DNA from: Candidatus Latescibacterota bacterium
Lineage (GTDB): Bacteria; Latescibacterota; UBA2968
DNA length: 64,000 nucleotides
NCBI GenBank assembly: GCA_965204745.1
Contig: OZ242010.1
Coordinates: forward strand, 4,064,001 to 4,128,000
Reading direction: 5' to 3'
Shown here: positions 49,501 to 56,496 of the stretch, piece by piece
Position numbering within the stretch: position 1 is the first letter of the stretch
Layout: the number at the start of each line of letters is the position of its first letter
Notes under the pieces: generated by a model
Seen by the model: only the letters and a program-made list of their open reading frames with translations
The model's database searches: none
What the model was told of the DNA's origin: nothing
Made by a program: the position numbers and the translations under genes

Positions 49501-50008
49501 TTGCGTCTATGGCACCATCGGCATTGAGGTCCCAGCGCATGGCATTGAGTTGCGCCAGCCCGGTTTGCCCAGCACCGAGTTCAATGAGGTTGTCGCCGTC
49601 GGTGTCGTAGTCGGTAAAATTGCCGGCAGAGACCGTATAGGTCAGCGTGGTCGTTCCCATAGCGGGGGAAACCACGATGCGAATGCTGACCGGCGGGGTG
49701 GACACGTCGACTTGGTGGCCGCTGGCCGGGTTGGCATCGGCCGGCGTGATGGCGACAGTTGCCCCCGAATTGGTTGGGGTCGCGGTCACGGTGATCTCTG
49801 TCGCGCCGGATTGAACGGCAAATGCGTAGGTGGTTTTATCGGATGCAAATGTGGAAAGCAGGGTGCCCGGCGCGAGGGTCAGCGCGCTGAGGGTCGTATC
49901 GGTATTCGAGGGCGTCGTCTGCGCTGTCGCGGGGGCGATCAGCAAGGGCATGACCAACACGGCGATCCAGGTTGGAAGGGACAGAAAACGAAAAGTAAAG
50001 AGCACCAT
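37586..50008 (-). CDS. Giant secreted surface protein/adhesin (4140 aa): signal peptide, cadherin-like sandwich, 6 GLUG beta-helix modules, 18 FN3 domains, duplicated dockerin-like C-terminus
   Basis: Signal peptide ending ATA-Q; modules DYDxDGxGLIDI..LAQL.AIRWDLNGDG...GGLVG...YPVLKY; FN3 W..V..ATGYKVQWKSG...TTYTVRV in arrays of 3,3,4,4,4. Confidence 0.9.
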   Translation of the reverse strand: MVLFTFRFLSLPTWIAVLVMPLLIAPATAQTTPSNTDTTLSALTLAPGTLLSTFASDKTTYAFAVQSGATEITVTATPTNSGATVAITPADANPASGHQVDVSTPPVSIRIVVSPAMGTTTLTYTVSAGNFTDYDTDGDNLIELGAGQTGLAQLNAMRWDLNADGAIDASATSSDTTAYNAAFSNRPPGMGCETTCIGYELMANLNFDENSDNEITSADATYWNSGAGWAPIGSSATKYTGTFHGNDYTISNLFIDRSAASKTGLFGYAEGNTIRNLSLVNANVTGNAETAVLVGEGNNLQLMHIRVTGRVSGFARSAGLVGRLAHGNSTITACRSEVDVTGSNLSTGGLVGWSDGTIIASYATGAVSGNAYVGGLVGFHGNTGNPKAVIRASYATGVVRGNNTTGGLVGANFYSSTITGSYAIGPVSANSHVGGLVGTNNNSSITHSYYDRTTTRRSDTGRGAPQTTAALQGPTGYTGIYMTNWDLNLDGQPGGDDPWTFGKTDQYPVLKYAGMDTTVQYNLQPPSIPTSVTMTIIADTLDVRWRGVSGATGYKVQWKSGTQSYDTDSREATTTGTRHKIPNLTFGTTYTVRVIATKTGVRDGTPSEQSIFIASTLDNPTVMASAKVDTLTVTWNAVDHATGYKVQWKSGSATYPNADLALATRGQATIAGGSTTTYKISNVTAGTTYTIRVIATNTNVNIPDSDPSEEVMVTAATNKPTNVRVTPGHLQLLVRWTEATGATGYKIQWKSGQQAYNTSSRQETVSMGSTTTYTIENLTFGTTYTMRVTATLSGGADSTPSDEVMGTPQGIDYDGDGNGLIDIETLAQLNAIRWDLNGDGAIDASASTSDTTAYNAAFPNRDITSNVRMGCPSGTCTGYELLNNLNFDENGDGEITSADATYWNNGDGWLPIGTNAARYTGDFKGNGYTIDNLTINRPAVVEVGLFGNADTASRIESVGVTNASVAGGEYAAALVGALRGTVVACYSTGSVSATTRTAGGLVGWTPNAITSSYSTASVSGPEHVGGLLGASQGGTVTNSYSIGMVTGTGSSPLIGGLIGSGTGGTASYWDTQTSGCTSGGSNGCTTSAGGSGVTGQTTSALQSPTGYTLIFSTWNANLDGQPGNDEPWTFGKTDQYPVLKYAGMDTTVQYNLQPPGIPTSVTVTPKVDTLDVRWRASSYATGYKVQWKSGMQSYAASREGIVTGTRYKIPNLLGETTYTVRVIATKTGANDSTPSAEQTGVLALLGSPTVMVASKVDTLTVTWNAVNGATGYKVQWKSGATTYPTSDSQAATHGQATISDGRTTTYKISGLTAGTTYTIRVIATSTNINLADSAPSEEVMVTSATTKPTNVRVTPGPVQLIVRWTEATGATGYKVQWRSGQQTYNTSDRQETVSGMSTTTYTIENLTFGTTYTVRVTATLSGGGDSTPSDEVMGTPQGIDYDGDGNGLIDIKTLAQLNAIRWDLNGDGIVADSDITNYNAAFPNRDTTSNVRMGCPSGTCTGYELLNNLNFDTDGSGSVTSADTYPNWSPIGGTYSTTFKGNNKTISNLHINRGQDDVGLFGRVSGNISGLGLKSVNVRGRNQVGGLVGNQVGGRILGCYVTGRVEGTGHDVGGLAGESNGNNTVIAASYANAEVSGGWDHDGAGGLVGRLKATVIASYAIGPVTGNNRVGGLVGRLDIYPSSVSTSYATGTVTGRRHDSSQLGGLIGFARSGVSHSYWDSESSGRSSSSGGTSQTTSALRSETDYNGIYANWNVDVDGRPGNDAPWTFGAADQYPVLKYAGMDTTAQFAMQPPGIPTSVTVTVQRDTLDVRWRAPSNATGYKVQWKSGAQNYAVSRQAITTDTRYKIANLIGGTTYTVRIIATKTGVRDGRPSAEQTGVPLLGSPTGVEVNAKVDTLTVTWNAVNGVTSYKVQWKSGSETYPNADEESATHGQATIAGGGTTTHDISGLTPGTTYAIRVIATRTNVADSAPSEEVITLLTLGSPTGVEVSAKVDTLTVTWNAVPLATGYKVQWKSGSETYPTSDLALTTRGQATIAGGNTTIHKISGLTTETTYAIRVIATHTTTAGNSAPSEEVMVTLATTRPTNVRVTPGPDQLIVRWTEATGATGYKVQWRSGQQTYNTSSRQETVSGGSTTTYTIENLTFGTTYTVRVTATMAGGTDSTPSDEVMGMPQRINYDRDGDGLIDIKTLAQLHAIRWDLNGDGVVADNDTMNYNAAFPNRDTTSNGRMGCPSGTCTGYELLNNLDFDENGDDQITQADATYWNRGAGWIPIGTYTGTFKGNNKTISNLYISYRYPSQRNNVGLFSTVSGDISGVGLLNVNVHATDVVGGLVGAQNGGRITGCYVTGFVEGARYGVGGLVGRSLAGHIAACYSHATAQKWPSWESSVLYEVGGLVGLLGSGASVTASYATGPVAGQGGSNTRSAAGGLVGQNAGTITASYATGTATGDSNDLTGGLFATGSGTGPDSYWDTESSSLSTSAGGTGKTTSALRSETDYNGIYTNWNVDVDGRPGNDNPWTFGAADQYPVLKYAGMDTTAQFAMQPPGIPTSVTVTPKADTLDVRWTAASNATGYKVQWKSGAQNYDASREETVTGTRYKIANLLTGTTYTVRVIATKTGVRDGMPSAEQTGVPVLGIPTVMVAAKVDTLTVTWNAVNGATGYKVQWKSGSETYPAADEQSATHGQATISDGGTTTYDISGLTAGTTYAIRVIATRTNVADSTPSEEVTGVPVLGIPTVMVAAKVDTLTVTWNVVDDATGYKVQWKSGSETYPTSDLALVTRGQATIAGGGTTTYKISGLTTGTTYTIRVIATRTNVADSAPSEEVMVTLATTRPTNVRVTPGPVQLIVAWTEATGATGYKVQWRSGQQTYNTSDRQATVSGGSTTTYTIENLTFGTTYTVRVLATLAGGTDSTPSDEVMGMPQTINYDSDGDGLIDIKTLAQLHAIRWDLNGDGVVADNDTMNYNAAFPNRDTTSNGRMGCPSGTCTGYELLNNLDFDENGDGAITQADATYWNSGAGWIPIGTYTGTFKGNNKTISNLYISYRWPSQRNNVGLFSTVSGDISGVGLLNVNVHATDVVGGLVGTQNGGRITGCYVTGFVEGARYGVGGLVGRALAGHIAACYSHATAQKWPSWESSVLYEVGGLVGLLGSGASVTASYATGPVAGQGGSNTRSAAGGLVGQNAGTITASYATGTATGDSNDLTGGLFATGSGTGPDSYWDTESSSLSTSAGGTGKTTSALRSETDYNDIYANWNVDVDGRPGNDDPWTFGAADQYPVLKYAGMDTTVQYNLQPPGIPTSVTVTVQRDTLDVRWRAASYATGYKVQWKSGAQSYDASREETVTGTRYKIANLLAGTTYTVRVIATKTGAPDGRPSAEQTGVSVLGSPTVMVAAKADTLTVTWNAVTNATGYKVQWKSGSETYPAADEESATHGQATISGGSTTIHKISGLTAGTTYTIRVIATRTNVADSAPSEEVTGVPLLGSPTVMVAAKVDTLTVTWNAVSNATGYKVQWKSGSETYPAADEESATHGQATIAGGSTTTYKISGLTAETTYAIRVIATRTNVADSAPSEEVMVTLATTRPTNVRVTPGPVQLVVAWTEATGATGYKVQWKSGGQSYNTSSRQETVSGGSTTTYTIENLTIGTPYTVRVLATLAGGTDSTPSDEVMGTPYAINYDSDGDGLIDIETLAQLHAIRWDLNGDGVVADNDTMTYNAAFPDRDITSNGRMGCPSGTCTGYELLNNLDFDENGDDQITQADATYWNNGDGWLPIGTDAARYTGDFKGNGYTIDNLTINRPSLTEVGLFGNADTASRIESVGVTNASVAGGQYAAALVGALRGTVVACYSTGNVSATTRVAGGLVGWTPNAITSSYSTASVSGPEHVGGLLGASQGGSVTNSYSTGVVTRSSGTLTTIGGLIGSGTGGTASYWDTQTSGCTSGGSNGCTTSAGGGGVTGQTTSALQSPTGYTLIFSTWNANLDGQPGGDDPWTFGATNQYPVLKYAGMDTTVQFQLQSAIPSANLDVDGDGRVRLFSDIILVIRYVLFFRNEALLRGNVIEPTATRKTAQEIEPYLDTLVNQNILDVDGDGDVRLFSDIILIIRYVLFFRNEALVRGNVIEPTATRTTAQAIEPYIRSLYPDSHFQ

Positions 50009-50193
50009 TTTAGTCTCCCTCCGAGGGGGGGGGGGGGGGGGGGGTACACTGTACTGATCATCCTAACAGACTGTTTTGCAATAAAATAGAACCGCGCTCC
50101 AAGACGGGGATGGGCGTCATGAACGCCAGTTTTCGCGGTGGAAACATAGGACCAAATGAGGTTCAAACAGCGGCTGAAAATGGCGGTAATCAT
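49939..50193 (-). CDS. Leader ORF (84 aa) reading through the poly-C tract and overlapping the start of giant gene 1
   Basis: Strong RBS AAAGGAG before ATG 50193; colinear homologue at 60841-61029. Confidence 0.55.
   Translation of the reverse strand: MITAIFSRCLNLIWSYVSTAKTGVHDAHPRLGARFYFIAKQSVRMISTVYPPPPPPLGGRLKWCSLLFVFCPFQPGSPCWSCPC
50025..50044 (-). repeat. Homopolymer C20 (G20 on +) just upstream of the RBS of giant gene 1
   Basis: Counted directly; followed on the coding strand by TCGGAGGGAGACTAAA-ATG. Confidence 0.9.
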
Positions 50194-50276
50194 CTGAAGT
50201 CTCCTTTGCAAAAGCTATCGCGCAGACCGGGCGCGGCTTTTTCTCTGCGTTCAAAATCGCTATGGTGAACGAGAAA

Positions 50277-50306
50277 AATATAGGGAATCACACTCTTGTT
50301 TGTCAA
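50277..50306 (-). promoter_or_regulatory. Sigma70 promoter of giant gene 1 leader
   Basis: TTGACA-18 bp-TATATT; positionally conserved with 60728-60756. Confidence 0.6.
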
Positions 50307-50323
50307 GCGGTAAAATGACGATG

Positions 50324-50930
50324 GGAATTGGGACCTACCCCCTGGCCCCCTTCCTAAGAGGAAGGGGGAATGGCGAGAGGTTGTGCGAGGGATTGTATGT
50401 AAGGGTTTTTGGATTTGCATGGCGTGATCCATTCGCCCAAAGCCATCAAAACAGCCAGGGATACAAACCTTCAAGAAAGCCATGCGCTCCCCCTTTCCTT
50501 GTAGGAAAGGGGGCCGGGGGGATAGGTCCTGCGATGAAGGGGGAATGGCGAGAGGTTGTGCGAGGGATTGTGTGTAAGGGTTTTTGGATTTGCATGGCGT
50601 GATCCATTCGCCCAAAGCCATCAAAACAGCCAGGGATGCAAACCTTTAAGAAAGCCATGCGCTCCCCCTTTCCGCGTAGGCACAGGCGTAGCCTACAATG
50701 AGCGAAGCGAATAACGGGGGCCGGGGGGATAGGGCTTGCGGTAGGGTGGTGTGGGGTAATCCGCGCAATCCTCTAATCCGTTTAATCCGCGATTCAGACA
50801 CGGGCGGCAGGGTGAAGCGGATGGGCACGCACGGGCGGCAGGGAGGATGAAGCGGCGGTGGTGTGGTGTGGGGTAATCCGCGTAATCCCCTAATCCGTTT
50901 AATCCGCGATTCAGACACGGCGGGGCGGAC
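50324..50930 (-). repeat. Composite palindromic repeat block with internal tandem duplications
   Basis: Inverted relative to 36903-37339; an approximately 175-bp unit and the GGATTAAACGGATTA unit each occur twice. Confidence 0.8.
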
Positions 50931-51043
50931 GGCCGAGCACGGGGGCATCGCCCCTACACACACTGCTCACCTTTGAACTGGCTATCGCCAGTTGTACCCC
51001 TTTTGTGTTTTTGTGCCTCTTGTGGCTAAAATCCCATCTCATC

Positions 51044-52969
51044 TTAGACCTCCGACATATCCGGTCCCCACGGCTGAATGCGTGTGAGTTTTTTGTCCAA
51101 GGCGCGCATCAGGTCGGGCAGGTCAAAGGATGTGAGCACGCGCCGAGGGATGTTGGCAACGGGCCAACTGACCAGGGGCGTTTGCGTCCAGGCGTGGTAG
51201 GACGCGGGATAATTTTTGAGCGTGACTGCGGTGACAGCGGGATGGAGAAAGCCCGCAAAGAGGGCGTGGATAGCCCCTTGCCCGCGCCCGTAGAGCTGGA
51301 TGGATTCCGCGCCTTCATCCGCGAGCAAGTCCAGCGTGGACAACACATCGTGAACCCTGCGTCCCAAAAAACTTTGCCCGAGCATCAGGCCGTACCCATT
51401 GCACATGTAGTCATTGCCGTAGGGATGGAACAGATCGCGCTCATCATCGGCGAGCGACTCGCCCAAGCCGCGCACGTCAAGGGCATACAGCGGATATCGC
51501 TCTTTCAGGCTTCGCGCCAAGGGGTCTTCGATCAAATCGACTTCCGCAGAGATATGCGGCAAATACAAGTGGATTTCACGTTCCACATCCAAGGTGTGGG
51601 AATACGCCGGATTGGCCGGACGTTTCCGCATGATCGCGCGGATATCGCCCTCGGTTTCTATCGCGTATCGCGCCAAGCGCGTGCCGCCCTCGGTCGTGCC
51701 GCGCAGCCAGCGATGGTGCGGCACTTCGCGGTTGACCGACAGGCCGAGCGCGGTTTGCACGCACGCGATGAGTCGATCTTCGTCCAACTGCTCGCGCTTG
51801 CCGGCAAGGGCATTGGCCCTTTGCGCGATGAGGTCGTAGATGGGCACGGCGCCTTCGGGGATCACCTCGCCTTTTGGCGTGACATCGAGCGCGTCTGCGT
51901 CCAGGGTTTCCGTGGTTTGCACCCGCACGACCCGGTCAATGCCCGCGTGCATGGCAAAAAATTGCACCATCGCCTCTTGGTTGTGATGGGAATAGCCATG
52001 GCCTTCCGGGCCGATGAACAGATCAATCGCATTGCCCGGCGCGCCGATAATGTCGTAAAACCGGCGAATTTCCGAGTGGGCGCGTTTGAGCCCACGCCGA
52101 TCAAAATAGCAATGGGTTTGCCCGAGCAAGATGACCGGGGCCGGCGCGCGTGCGACAAAAAAATCGGCCATGTCCAAGCCCGCGCCGATGACCCTCGGCG
52201 GATATTGTTCGGCATCTGCCGGCAACTCATTTTCCAAATTGGCGGCAAATGTGGTGACAAAACAACTGGGCGCGGCCATTGTAAAACGCTCTTCTACGGG
52301 CCAGATCCAACTCGTCATCGTCCCGCCGCCCGAGTTGCCCGTCAGGCCGACGCGCGCGGGATCGACTTCGGGACGGGTGAGCAGATAATCGAGTGCGCGG
52401 ATGCCATCCCAGGCGCGCCACGCGCCAAACCATTCGCCCACGAGTTCGAGTTGCTTGCCCATCATGTTGTGGGCATGGGTGGATGAACGCACGCTTTCGC
52501 GGTCGCGCAGGGCGTAGTACTGATCCCGCTCGCCCTGGTTGAAGGGATCGTAGATCAACGCGACAAAGCCATTGCGCGCCAACCGCTGGCAAAATGCCTG
52601 ATAAAGCGGCGCGTTCTTGCCCTCGGCAGCATGCCCGCATGAGCCGATCACCCCAGGTGCGGGGCCATCGAGTTTGGCCGGCACGTACAGATGCGCCGTG
52701 ACCAAACACCCCGGGCGGCTCTCAAAGAGGACCTTTTCAATGCGGTAATCGCGGCGTTCAACAACCCCGACGACGCGCGCATTCAGCGGTGTTTTGCGCG
52801 GCCACGGGCGATACGCTCTGTCAATGGCCTCGCGCACCTCATCCCGGTACGCAAACGCCTCCCGCTTTGTGCGGATGGACGCCAAGCGTTTTGCGCGGTC
52901 CGCATTGATCGCCCGCACCTGCGCGACATAGTCGTCTAGCACCATGTGTCCATAACCATTTCGCGGCAT
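51044..52969 (-). CDS. Alpha/beta-hydrolase (acetylxylan esterase-like, tandem domains)
   Basis: EKVLFESRPG, QGER, WDGIRALDYL, GNSGGG nucleophile elbow. Confidence 0.8.
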   Translation of the reverse strand: MPRNGYGHMVLDDYVAQVRAINADRAKRLASIRTKREAFAYRDEVREAIDRAYRPWPRKTPLNARVVGVVERRDYRIEKVLFESRPGCLVTAHLYVPAKLDGPAPGVIGSCGHAAEGKNAPLYQAFCQRLARNGFVALIYDPFNQGERDQYYALRDRESVRSSTHAHNMMGKQLELVGEWFGAWRAWDGIRALDYLLTRPEVDPARVGLTGNSGGGTMTSWIWPVEERFTMAAPSCFVTTFAANLENELPADAEQYPPRVIGAGLDMADFFVARAPAPVILLGQTHCYFDRRGLKRAHSEIRRFYDIIGAPGNAIDLFIGPEGHGYSHHNQEAMVQFFAMHAGIDRVVRVQTTETLDADALDVTPKGEVIPEGAVPIYDLIAQRANALAGKREQLDEDRLIACVQTALGLSVNREVPHHRWLRGTTEGGTRLARYAIETEGDIRAIMRKRPANPAYSHTLDVEREIHLYLPHISAEVDLIEDPLARSLKERYPLYALDVRGLGESLADDERDLFHPYGNDYMCNGYGLMLGQSFLGRRVHDVLSTLDLLADEGAESIQLYGRGQGAIHALFAGFLHPAVTAVTLKNYPASYHAWTQTPLVSWPVANIPRRVLTSFDLPDLMRALDKKLTRIQPWGPDMSEV

Positions 52970-53049
52970 GAGAAACTCCAATCGGTAAGAGGGGAGACGG
53001 GAGAGGGAAGACGTAAGAGGGCCGCCCAGCCACCCCAAGTGGTCAGTGG

Positions 53050-54093
53050 TCAGTCCGCTGTGTTCTGTATGTGGTTGCTTTTTTGAATCGCCAACTTGCT
53101 TCCCACTCGAATCGCCTGCATCATGTTCGCGGCTTTGGCGATGCCTTTGCCCGCAATATCGTAAGCCGTGCCGTGATCCACAGAGGTTCGCACGATGGGC
53201 AGGCCGAGGGTTATGTTCACGGCCTCGTCGAACGCGACCAGTTTTGCGGGCACATGGCCTTGGTCGTGGTACATCGCCACCACGCCGTCGTAGATGCGGT
53301 TATAGACCTTGAGAAAAGTCGTATCCGCGGGCAATGGGCCATCCACGCGCCAACCGTTGTACAATGCCCGTTCAACTGCGGGGCGGATGATCTCGGCATC
53401 CTCGCGGCCAAACAAGCCATTTTCGCCCGCGTGTGGATTGAGGCCGCACACCGCGAGCCGGGGATCGGACGCGCCCAAGCCGATCAGCGCGTCTCGGGTC
53501 AGGCGAATCACGTCGCAGATCAGATCGGACGTGAGCCTGTCGGGTACCTCGTGTAACGGAATATGCCCGGTGACGTGCGACACGCTCAGGCGGTCAGATG
53601 CCAGCATCAAATACGCGCGGCCCGCGCCCGAGTGCTCGGCCAACAATTCCGTGTGCCCCGCGTACGCGTACCCCGCCAAATTCATCGCTTCCTTGTTCAA
53701 AGGCGCGGTGACAATGCCATCTATGCGATTTGCTATCGCCAAATCAACCGCGTGAATCACCCACTCCGCCGCTGCTTTTCCGGCCTCGGCGCGCACCTCG
53801 CAGAGGACGATCCGATCCACATTCACTTCTAGCGGGCAGCACACATCCACGCATCCAAATTCAAACGCGCCATTTTCCGGGCGATCCACCATTCGCAGGT
53901 CCAACTGCACGCCGGCCATTGCCATATCGCGTTTTAATATGTCGGGATGGCCGATTACGAGCGGCCTGCACACGCGGTAGCTCTCCTCGCGTCCGAGTGC
54001 CTTCAAGATCACCTCGGGCCCTATGCCACCCGGATCGCCCATCGTCATCCCCATCAGCGGACGATTGCCCGACTCGTCTTTCCCAAGCATCAT
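53050..54093 (-). CDS. pdxA: 4-hydroxythreonine-4-phosphate dehydrogenase PdxA family
   Basis: TMGDPGGIGPE, TAPLNKE, GLNPHAGE, MYHDQGH, RTSVDHGTAYDIAG. Confidence 0.93.
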   Translation of the reverse strand: MMLGKDESGNRPLMGMTMGDPGGIGPEVILKALGREESYRVCRPLVIGHPDILKRDMAMAGVQLDLRMVDRPENGAFEFGCVDVCCPLEVNVDRIVLCEVRAEAGKAAAEWVIHAVDLAIANRIDGIVTAPLNKEAMNLAGYAYAGHTELLAEHSGAGRAYLMLASDRLSVSHVTGHIPLHEVPDRLTSDLICDVIRLTRDALIGLGASDPRLAVCGLNPHAGENGLFGREDAEIIRPAVERALYNGWRVDGPLPADTTFLKVYNRIYDGVVAMYHDQGHVPAKLVAFDEAVNITLGLPIVRTSVDHGTAYDIAGKGIAKAANMMQAIRVGSKLAIQKSNHIQNTAD

Positions 54094-54145
54094 TCGCTCC
54101 CAAAAAAAGTGGTGCCCCCAAGCCGCCACAATCGCGATTTTTTAC

Positions 54146-54730
54146 CTAAGCCAAGCCCGCGGCTTTCAGCAAAATTTTTTGCTCGTCCGCGTCGAGGTGC
54201 ATCTCGTCCATGTGCCCCATCAGTTTGTCGCGCCTGCGTGCATCTCGTTTCCGCGTCTCGGCAACGAGGTCCGTAAGCCTCGTGAAAGTCCCCTGTTGAT
54301 CGTTAGGTACGAGTTGGCCCGAATCCATGAACTTGATCCGCCCTTGCAAGTCTTCCGGCACGGTCCCGAGTGCTCGTTTTTTGAACTTCTCGACGTTTCG
54401 CGTTGCAATCTCTGTTCTGCCACAGGCCGCGGGCAGGAAGGGCTCGTTCATCCGCATTGCCGCGCCTTCCAGCAAGCAAGTCAACGCTTCGCGGCTCAAT
54501 GAACTCGCTTCGGGAACATCGAGAACGAGCCAACGATTTAGCGTCTCAATTTTTTTTCGTTCTCGCTCATCGGGAACGAGATTCACGGATGGCGAGTACG
54601 CGCAATTCACAGCGGGCCAAATCGTTTTTTCATGGGCGTTTTTTTTCGCCTGCCGCCTCAGCGACAAGTATATCAGGAAGAACGCCCCTGTTGTAATGAC
54701 CATGCCGATGAGTGTCATGACTGCTTCCAT
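54146..54730 (-). CDS. Hypothetical protein with N-terminal TM
   Basis: 194 aa; its ATG overlaps (TAATG) the stop of the upstream small ORF once IS607 is removed. Confidence 0.6.
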   Translation of the reverse strand: MEAVMTLIGMVITTGAFFLIYLSLRRQAKKNAHEKTIWPAVNCAYSPSVNLVPDERERKKIETLNRWLVLDVPEASSLSREALTCLLEGAAMRMNEPFLPAACGRTEIATRNVEKFKKRALGTVPEDLQGRIKFMDSGQLVPNDQQGTFTRLTDLVAETRKRDARRRDKLMGHMDEMHLDADEQKILLKAAGLA

Positions 54731-54739
54731 TACTCATCC

Positions 54740-54900
54740 TGATACCTTTCTGTTGACCCTTATTAACAGCGTGAGCAAATCAATAAGTGTTCAACCAGTG
54801 CAAGTTGCATCCAAACAGTTCCGCAACTTGGGTGTATCCACCAAAGCACGGAGAAAAATACCCCGTGCGCCGTTGATATCTCGATCCATGACTTGACCAT
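54740..54900 (-). ncRNA. Predicted TnpB omega/reRNA scaffold at the IS607 right end (5' boundary uncertain)
   Basis: Expected location for this family; hairpin CAAGTTGC/GCAACTTG (54801-54830), CTGTT/AACAG hairpin, and possible GATAC/GTATC pairing between 54834-54838 and 54741-54745. Confidence 0.5.
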
Positions 54901-55933
54901 CTTTTCTGCTACGAATGACTTTCGCTCCGCCCAAGTTTTTTACAATCTCACCTGTCCAACTGACTGTCTTGGATGTGTAAGCCTCGTTCACATCCAAGAC
55001 CAACTTGCCAGTTTCAAACGCCTTGTGCTTGAGAAACTGCTTGAAGCGATAATGGGCAAAAGTCAACATTGAGCGGACAGACTTACGGCGAAGGCAACGC
55101 TTACCGCGCACAACCATCTCGGTCGTCTCAAACGTGGGCAGAAGAATCACATCGTAGTTGTCCACCAGCCAGCGCGCAGTCTGTTTGTGCAGTTCATCGA
55201 TCAAGTCTCGGATGCGCCACCGCATGCGATGGCAGGCACGCTTCAAACGCACCTGGCGAAAGCCGATGGCCTTTGTCATGCGACCGATCAACCCGTCAAG
55301 ATGAATACACAAACGCTGAATACGACCAAAATCACCCTCGCCAATCTTACCGCAATCTGTTTCAGAAAAGAACGTCAAGAAACTGCGAATACCAGGATCA
55401 AGCGCCACGACACGCCCTTGGTTCTCGGCTACGTGCCGTGGACTTGAATGAGGCACGGTCACAGAGTACCGGCCATTGTAACTGACCAAACGGCCATCCT
55501 TCGGAACAACTGACAATGGCTCAGACAAACGCACATTGCCAAGGCTAAGAGGATAAAATGTCGTCAATGCCTTATTCCAAGCCACATGGCACAAATACAA
55601 GGACTGGATAGGGGCTTTACGACTACGGAACTGCAAGAGCACTTTCCGCTTTATCCCTTGCTTCTTGAATGCTTTACGCTTACGCCAGACCGCCTGGTTT
55701 GCCTGGTAAGCATCGGCTATCGCACCGCAAAGAATCTTGCTCGGCACATCGGCAAACCAGAAAGGACTCACCGCACGGACAACACGTCGCATATCGTATT
55801 CAGACAAAGAAAATCCCGCACGGTACAACGACACAGCCTCGTTATACCACCAGCGGGTAGCGACCATCCAATGCCTGAACTTTGCGCGCTGATCAGCGTT
55901 CGGATAGATTCTTATCTTCCTTGATTTTGTCAC
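54791..55933 (-). CDS. tnpB: TnpB RNA-guided endonuclease (DPG-type RuvC)
   Basis: KIRIYP, VVALDPGIRSF, VNEAYTSKT, DRDINGARGI; GTG 55933 lies 1 nt after the tnpA stop, but the frame stays open to 56440. Confidence 0.88.
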   Translation of the reverse strand: MTKSRKIRIYPNADQRAKFRHWMVATRWWYNEAVSLYRAGFSLSEYDMRRVVRAVSPFWFADVPSKILCGAIADAYQANQAVWRKRKAFKKQGIKRKVLLQFRSRKAPIQSLYLCHVAWNKALTTFYPLSLGNVRLSEPLSVVPKDGRLVSYNGRYSVTVPHSSPRHVAENQGRVVALDPGIRSFLTFFSETDCGKIGEGDFGRIQRLCIHLDGLIGRMTKAIGFRQVRLKRACHRMRWRIRDLIDELHKQTARWLVDNYDVILLPTFETTEMVVRGKRCLRRKSVRSMLTFAHYRFKQFLKHKAFETGKLVLDVNEAYTSKTVSWTGEIVKNLGGAKVIRSRKDGQVMDRDINGARGIFLRALVDTPKLRNCLDATCTG

Positions 55934-55934
55934 G

Positions 55935-56468
55935 CTACTTGCGGAGGCCGGACAGCCTGCAAGAGAACGTATCCAGAAGGGATAAAATATCCTGTGTGAG
56001 TTCTTGTTCTGGACGACACTTTGACGCGTCGAGAACCACGACCGCGCCCCCGTTTTGCTTTGCCAGCCAGTCAACAAGTTCAAAGCCAAACCGTGCAAGG
56101 CGGTCTTGGTGGGCAACCACAATTCGCAACTTTTCTCCGCTGTGTAAGCGTTCCAGTAGGGCGACAAGGCCCTTCCGCTTTTCGTTGAGGCCTCCGTCAA
56201 TGTCTTTGACGACCTCTGCGCTGGGATAACCGGATTGAAGGAGCGCAACTTGCCCGCGCAAGTCGTCTTTTTGGGCATAACGACTGACCCGTGCATAGAG
56301 CACAAATTCAACGCCAACTTCTTCCCGCAAGAACGCATTGACATCGTAAAGTCTCCTTCCGCCTGGACTGCGAATATGCTCAATCCGACCGTCATTCGCC
56401 CACTTACGCAACGTATTCGGATGAACACCGAGCAAAGCAACCGCTTTGCGAGTATTTACATAAGGCAT
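55935..56468 (-). CDS. tnpA: IS607 TnpA serine recombinase
   Basis: MerR-like HTH LGVHPNTLRKW..G....RSPGGRRLY, YARVS catalytic Ser, DRLARFGFEL. Confidence 0.9.
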   Translation of the reverse strand: MPYVNTRKAVALLGVHPNTLRKWANDGRIEHIRSPGGRRLYDVNAFLREEVGVEFVLYARVSRYAQKDDLRGQVALLQSGYPSAEVVKDIDGGLNEKRKGLVALLERLHSGEKLRIVVAHQDRLARFGFELVDWLAKQNGGAVVVLDASKCRPEQELTQDILSLLDTFSCRLSGLRK

Positions 56469-56496
56469 AGCAACTTACGGCTTTTGTGAACAAGTG

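Noticed and set aside
37586-50008. Diversity-generating retroelement acting on repeated modules
   Set aside because: No reverse transcriptase in the window; all repeat copies are coding and no adenine-specific mismatch pattern was evident
55935-56468. TnpA as a dedicated invertase for the adhesin genes
   Set aside because: It lies within a cleanly bounded IS607 inserted into an unrelated gene pair; no IS607-like sites seen at the adhesin repeats
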